The position numbers were made by a program, and so were the translations under genes. A DNA stretch of 64,000 bases from Octopus bimaculoides (lineage: Eukaryota): assembly GCF_001194135.2 (NCBI RefSeq), contig NC_068984.1:122206996-122270995 (forward strand), given 5' to 3'. This document shows, one piece after another, positions 61,391-64,000 of the stretch; position 1 is the stretch's first letter; each line of letters opens with the position of its first letter. The notes beneath the pieces are model-generated. The model did no database searches. It was given only the letters and a program-made list of their open reading frames with translations, and was not told the DNA's origin.

Positions 61391-62853
61391 CATCAGTACA
61401 TGCATGCCTATATTATAAAGTTTGCTTTGCAACCACATGGTTTCAAGTTCAATCCCACTGAATGGCACCTTGGGCAAGTGTTTTGTACTATAGCCTAGGG
61501 TCAACTAATGCTTTGTGAGTGAATTTCAGACATAAACTGTAAGAAGCCCATCATGTGTGGTCGTATGTCTTACTTTGCCTTGATATTTGTGCACTGATCT
61601 TTTAGCTTTCTTCGAAAATATGACCAACTATTGAGTTGTTCATTGCATGATTAGCAAAAGGAAATATTACCTTCCGTGGAAATAGGTCAGGGTTGATGAC
61701 AAAAAGAGCACCAGGCTTTAGAAAACCTGTCTCCAAAACTTCCGTCTGACAATTTCCATGAAAGCCTGGAAAAGTAGATGTTAAAATGATGGTGTGTGTT
61801 TGTTTGTGTGTGCATATGCATGCACACACCTTGGAAAATATAGGTAAGATATATATTCTGCAAGCTGAATTTCAGTGTGCTTGTGCAGAATGTATAGCTT
61901 GCTTTCATGTAACAGAATCGTACAGAGCTGGAGGAGACTATTTAGTCCTACAAGTCAAGGGCAGACTATCTAGTGCTGGTGGCTGGTAAAACACACTCCA
62001 GTGTCAGTCCTACACAACACCAAAGTTGAGTAGATTCCACTGTTCTTGTGTGTTAAAGCTGGCATGGGCAATGACAAAACATCCAATCCATGCATGAAAA
62101 ACTAGATTTGAAATAATATGGTGATGATTATATTACGGAAAGCACAGACTTCCCATAATACATCATAGCTATAATATATCACAGGCTATCTAGTTGAGAA
62201 GTTTACTTCTCAGCCATGTGGTTTCAGGTTGTCTCACTACATAGCATTTTCTTCTGTAGCCCTGGGATGCCAAATGTTTTGTGGGTCAATTTTGGTAGGC
62301 ATGTTTTCATATAAATATAACATCATCATTTGTATGTCTGTTGGAGATGTTGCTTCCAATATAGCATCCTGCCATTTGTTCACTCTGTCTCTCATATATA
62401 AATATAATATGTACATGTATGTGTGTGTATGGATGGATGTATGGACAGTTGCATCAAGAGGTGCTGATCTCAAATTGTAGAGGGAACATGTGGAAGGGGT
62501 AGACCCAGAAACAGGTGGGACAAAGTGGTGAGAAAAGATCTACAGACGTTGGGACTTACAGGCGACATGATGGGGGACCAAGACCCTTGATGGTTTGCTG
62601 TGCTTTAGAAAGCATGCCAAACTAAGTAAAAGCGTGGTTGTCCTTGCATACAGGCTTAAACACCCAGCAGACTCTGTAAAATGGTTGGCATAAGGAAGAG
62701 CATCCAGTCATAGAAACCATACCAAAACAGGTATGGAGCCTGAGCAGCTCTTCAGCTGACTAACTCCTGTCAAACTGTCCAACCCATGCCAGCATGGAAA
62801 ATAGATGTTAACATATCTGTATGTATGCATGTATGTGTGTGTATGTATACAGA

Positions 62854-63012
62854 GGTGCAGGCATGGCTGTGTGGTAAGAACTTCGCTTCCTAACCACATG
62901 GTTCCAGGTTCAGTCCCACTGCTTGATACCTTGGACAAGTGTCTTCTACTATAATCTTGGGCCAATCAAAGCCTTGTGTGTTGATTTGGTACACAGAAAC
63001 TGAAAGAAGCCC
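62854..63012 (+). mobile_element. tRNA-derived SINE, 5' portion
   Basis: gcatggctgtgtggtaagaacttcgcttcctaaccacatggttccaggttcagtcccactgc...gaaactgaaagaagccc. Confidence 0.8.
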
Positions 63013-63077
63013 AAACCCCATTACACACACACACACACACACAAACACACACGTATGTGTATTATATATGGTGTGTA

Positions 63078-63664
63078 TATACAGAGTTATTCAAAAAGAA
63101 TGAACCGATTTCATTATGCAATATTTTAATAAGGGAAAGCAATAGAAAACTCCAACTAAGTCACAAATATTTACTCACAATCAACTTTTATTTCCTGTCA
63201 TACATGTGTTCAATATAGCCACCACCTGCAGCATGGGCAACATCAATGTGATAAGAGAATTCCTCCCAGACGCATATCAGCATATCCCGATCAACAGAGT
63301 TGATCGCGGTTTTTATTCAATGTTTAAGGTCATCACAGTTAGTGGGTAGCGGTGGAACATAAACACAATCTTTTACATATCTCCACAAGAAAAAAATCAC
63401 ACGGTGAAGTCTGGGAGTCTCACAGGCCAAGCACAAGAGACAAGGTCTTTGGCCCCTTTCCAACCAATCCATTGCTGGGGCACTTTTCCATTTAAAAGCA
63501 TTTAAAAGCTTGAACCATCAGGTGCCAATGGGGCGGTGCTTCGTCTTGTTGAAAAATGAAGTAATGCAAATCTGCTTGCAGTGAAATGAGCCAATTTTGG
63601 AGCATATCGAGATAGGCGTGTCCTGTTACGGTGTTTCCTTCAAAGAAAAAGGGATCATAAACCT
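63078..63664 (-). mobile_element. Tc1/mariner-superfamily transposase C-terminal relic interrupted by a SINE
   Basis: PFFFEGNTVTGHAYLDMLQNWL...FIFQQDEAPPHW; terminus tacagagttattcaaaaag at about 63078. Confidence 0.78.
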
Positions 63665-63972
63665 TTGGCAAGTGTCTTCTACTATAGCCTTGGGCCAACC
63701 AAAGCCTTGTGAGTGGATTTGGTGGACGGAAGCTGCAAAGAAGCCCGTTGTATATATGTATATATATGTATGTGTCTGTGTTTGTCCCCCCAACTTCATT
63801 TGACAACCGATGCTAGTGTGTTATGTCCCTTTTGCCGAACTTAGCAGTTTGGCAAAAGAGACCAATAGAATAAGTACTAGGCTTACAAAGAATAAGTCCT
63901 GGGGTCGATTTGCTTGACTCAAGGTGGTGCTCCAGCATGGCTACAGTCAAATGACTGAAACAAGCAAAGAAG
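63665..63972 (+). mobile_element. 5'-truncated SINE with complete 3' body
   Basis: ttggcaagtgtcttctactatagcc...gaccaatagaataagtactaggc...atgactgaaacaagcaaaga; same family as 3120-3600. Confidence 0.8.
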
Positions 63973-64000
63973 TATATATATATATATATATATATATATA

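Overview
Eukaryotic, AT-rich, microsatellite-dense genomic DNA with assembly gaps. The repeat landscape (tRNA-derived SINEs, RTE LINE tails, many mariner relics) resembles an Octopus/coleoid genome; this is an inference, not a database result. The whole window lies inside one + strand gene, a WNK (With-No-lysine[K]) Ser/Thr kinase. I rebuilt 15 coding exons with consistent GT-AG phases: 87-1073, 28980-29155, 29459-29679, 30559-30716, (gap)-33086, 33752-33983, 34136-34571, 35016-35071, 39669-39779, 47331-47477, 52695-52846, 52950-53163, 53392-53580, 53974-54645 and 58175-59671. They cover the kinase, CCT1/autoinhibitory domain, coiled coil, CCT2 and four RFxV motifs; the gene continues past the window. 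Introns hold decayed RTE and CR1/L2-like LINEs, mariner/maT/Tc1 relics, SINEs and simple repeats. Best leads: (1) a 30-nt in-frame candidate microexon in the kinase activation loop; (2) a CpG/GC3 anomaly over late intron 3 and exon 4 with extra splice sites, possibly an internal promoter for a kinase-dead isoform or an RNA-level constraint; (3) two antisense elements sharing a tRNA/Pol III-like head, a 5' fold-back and a minimal hammerhead-like core; (4) candidate truncating exons, one preceded by three TGCATG motifs. None of these was checked computationally.
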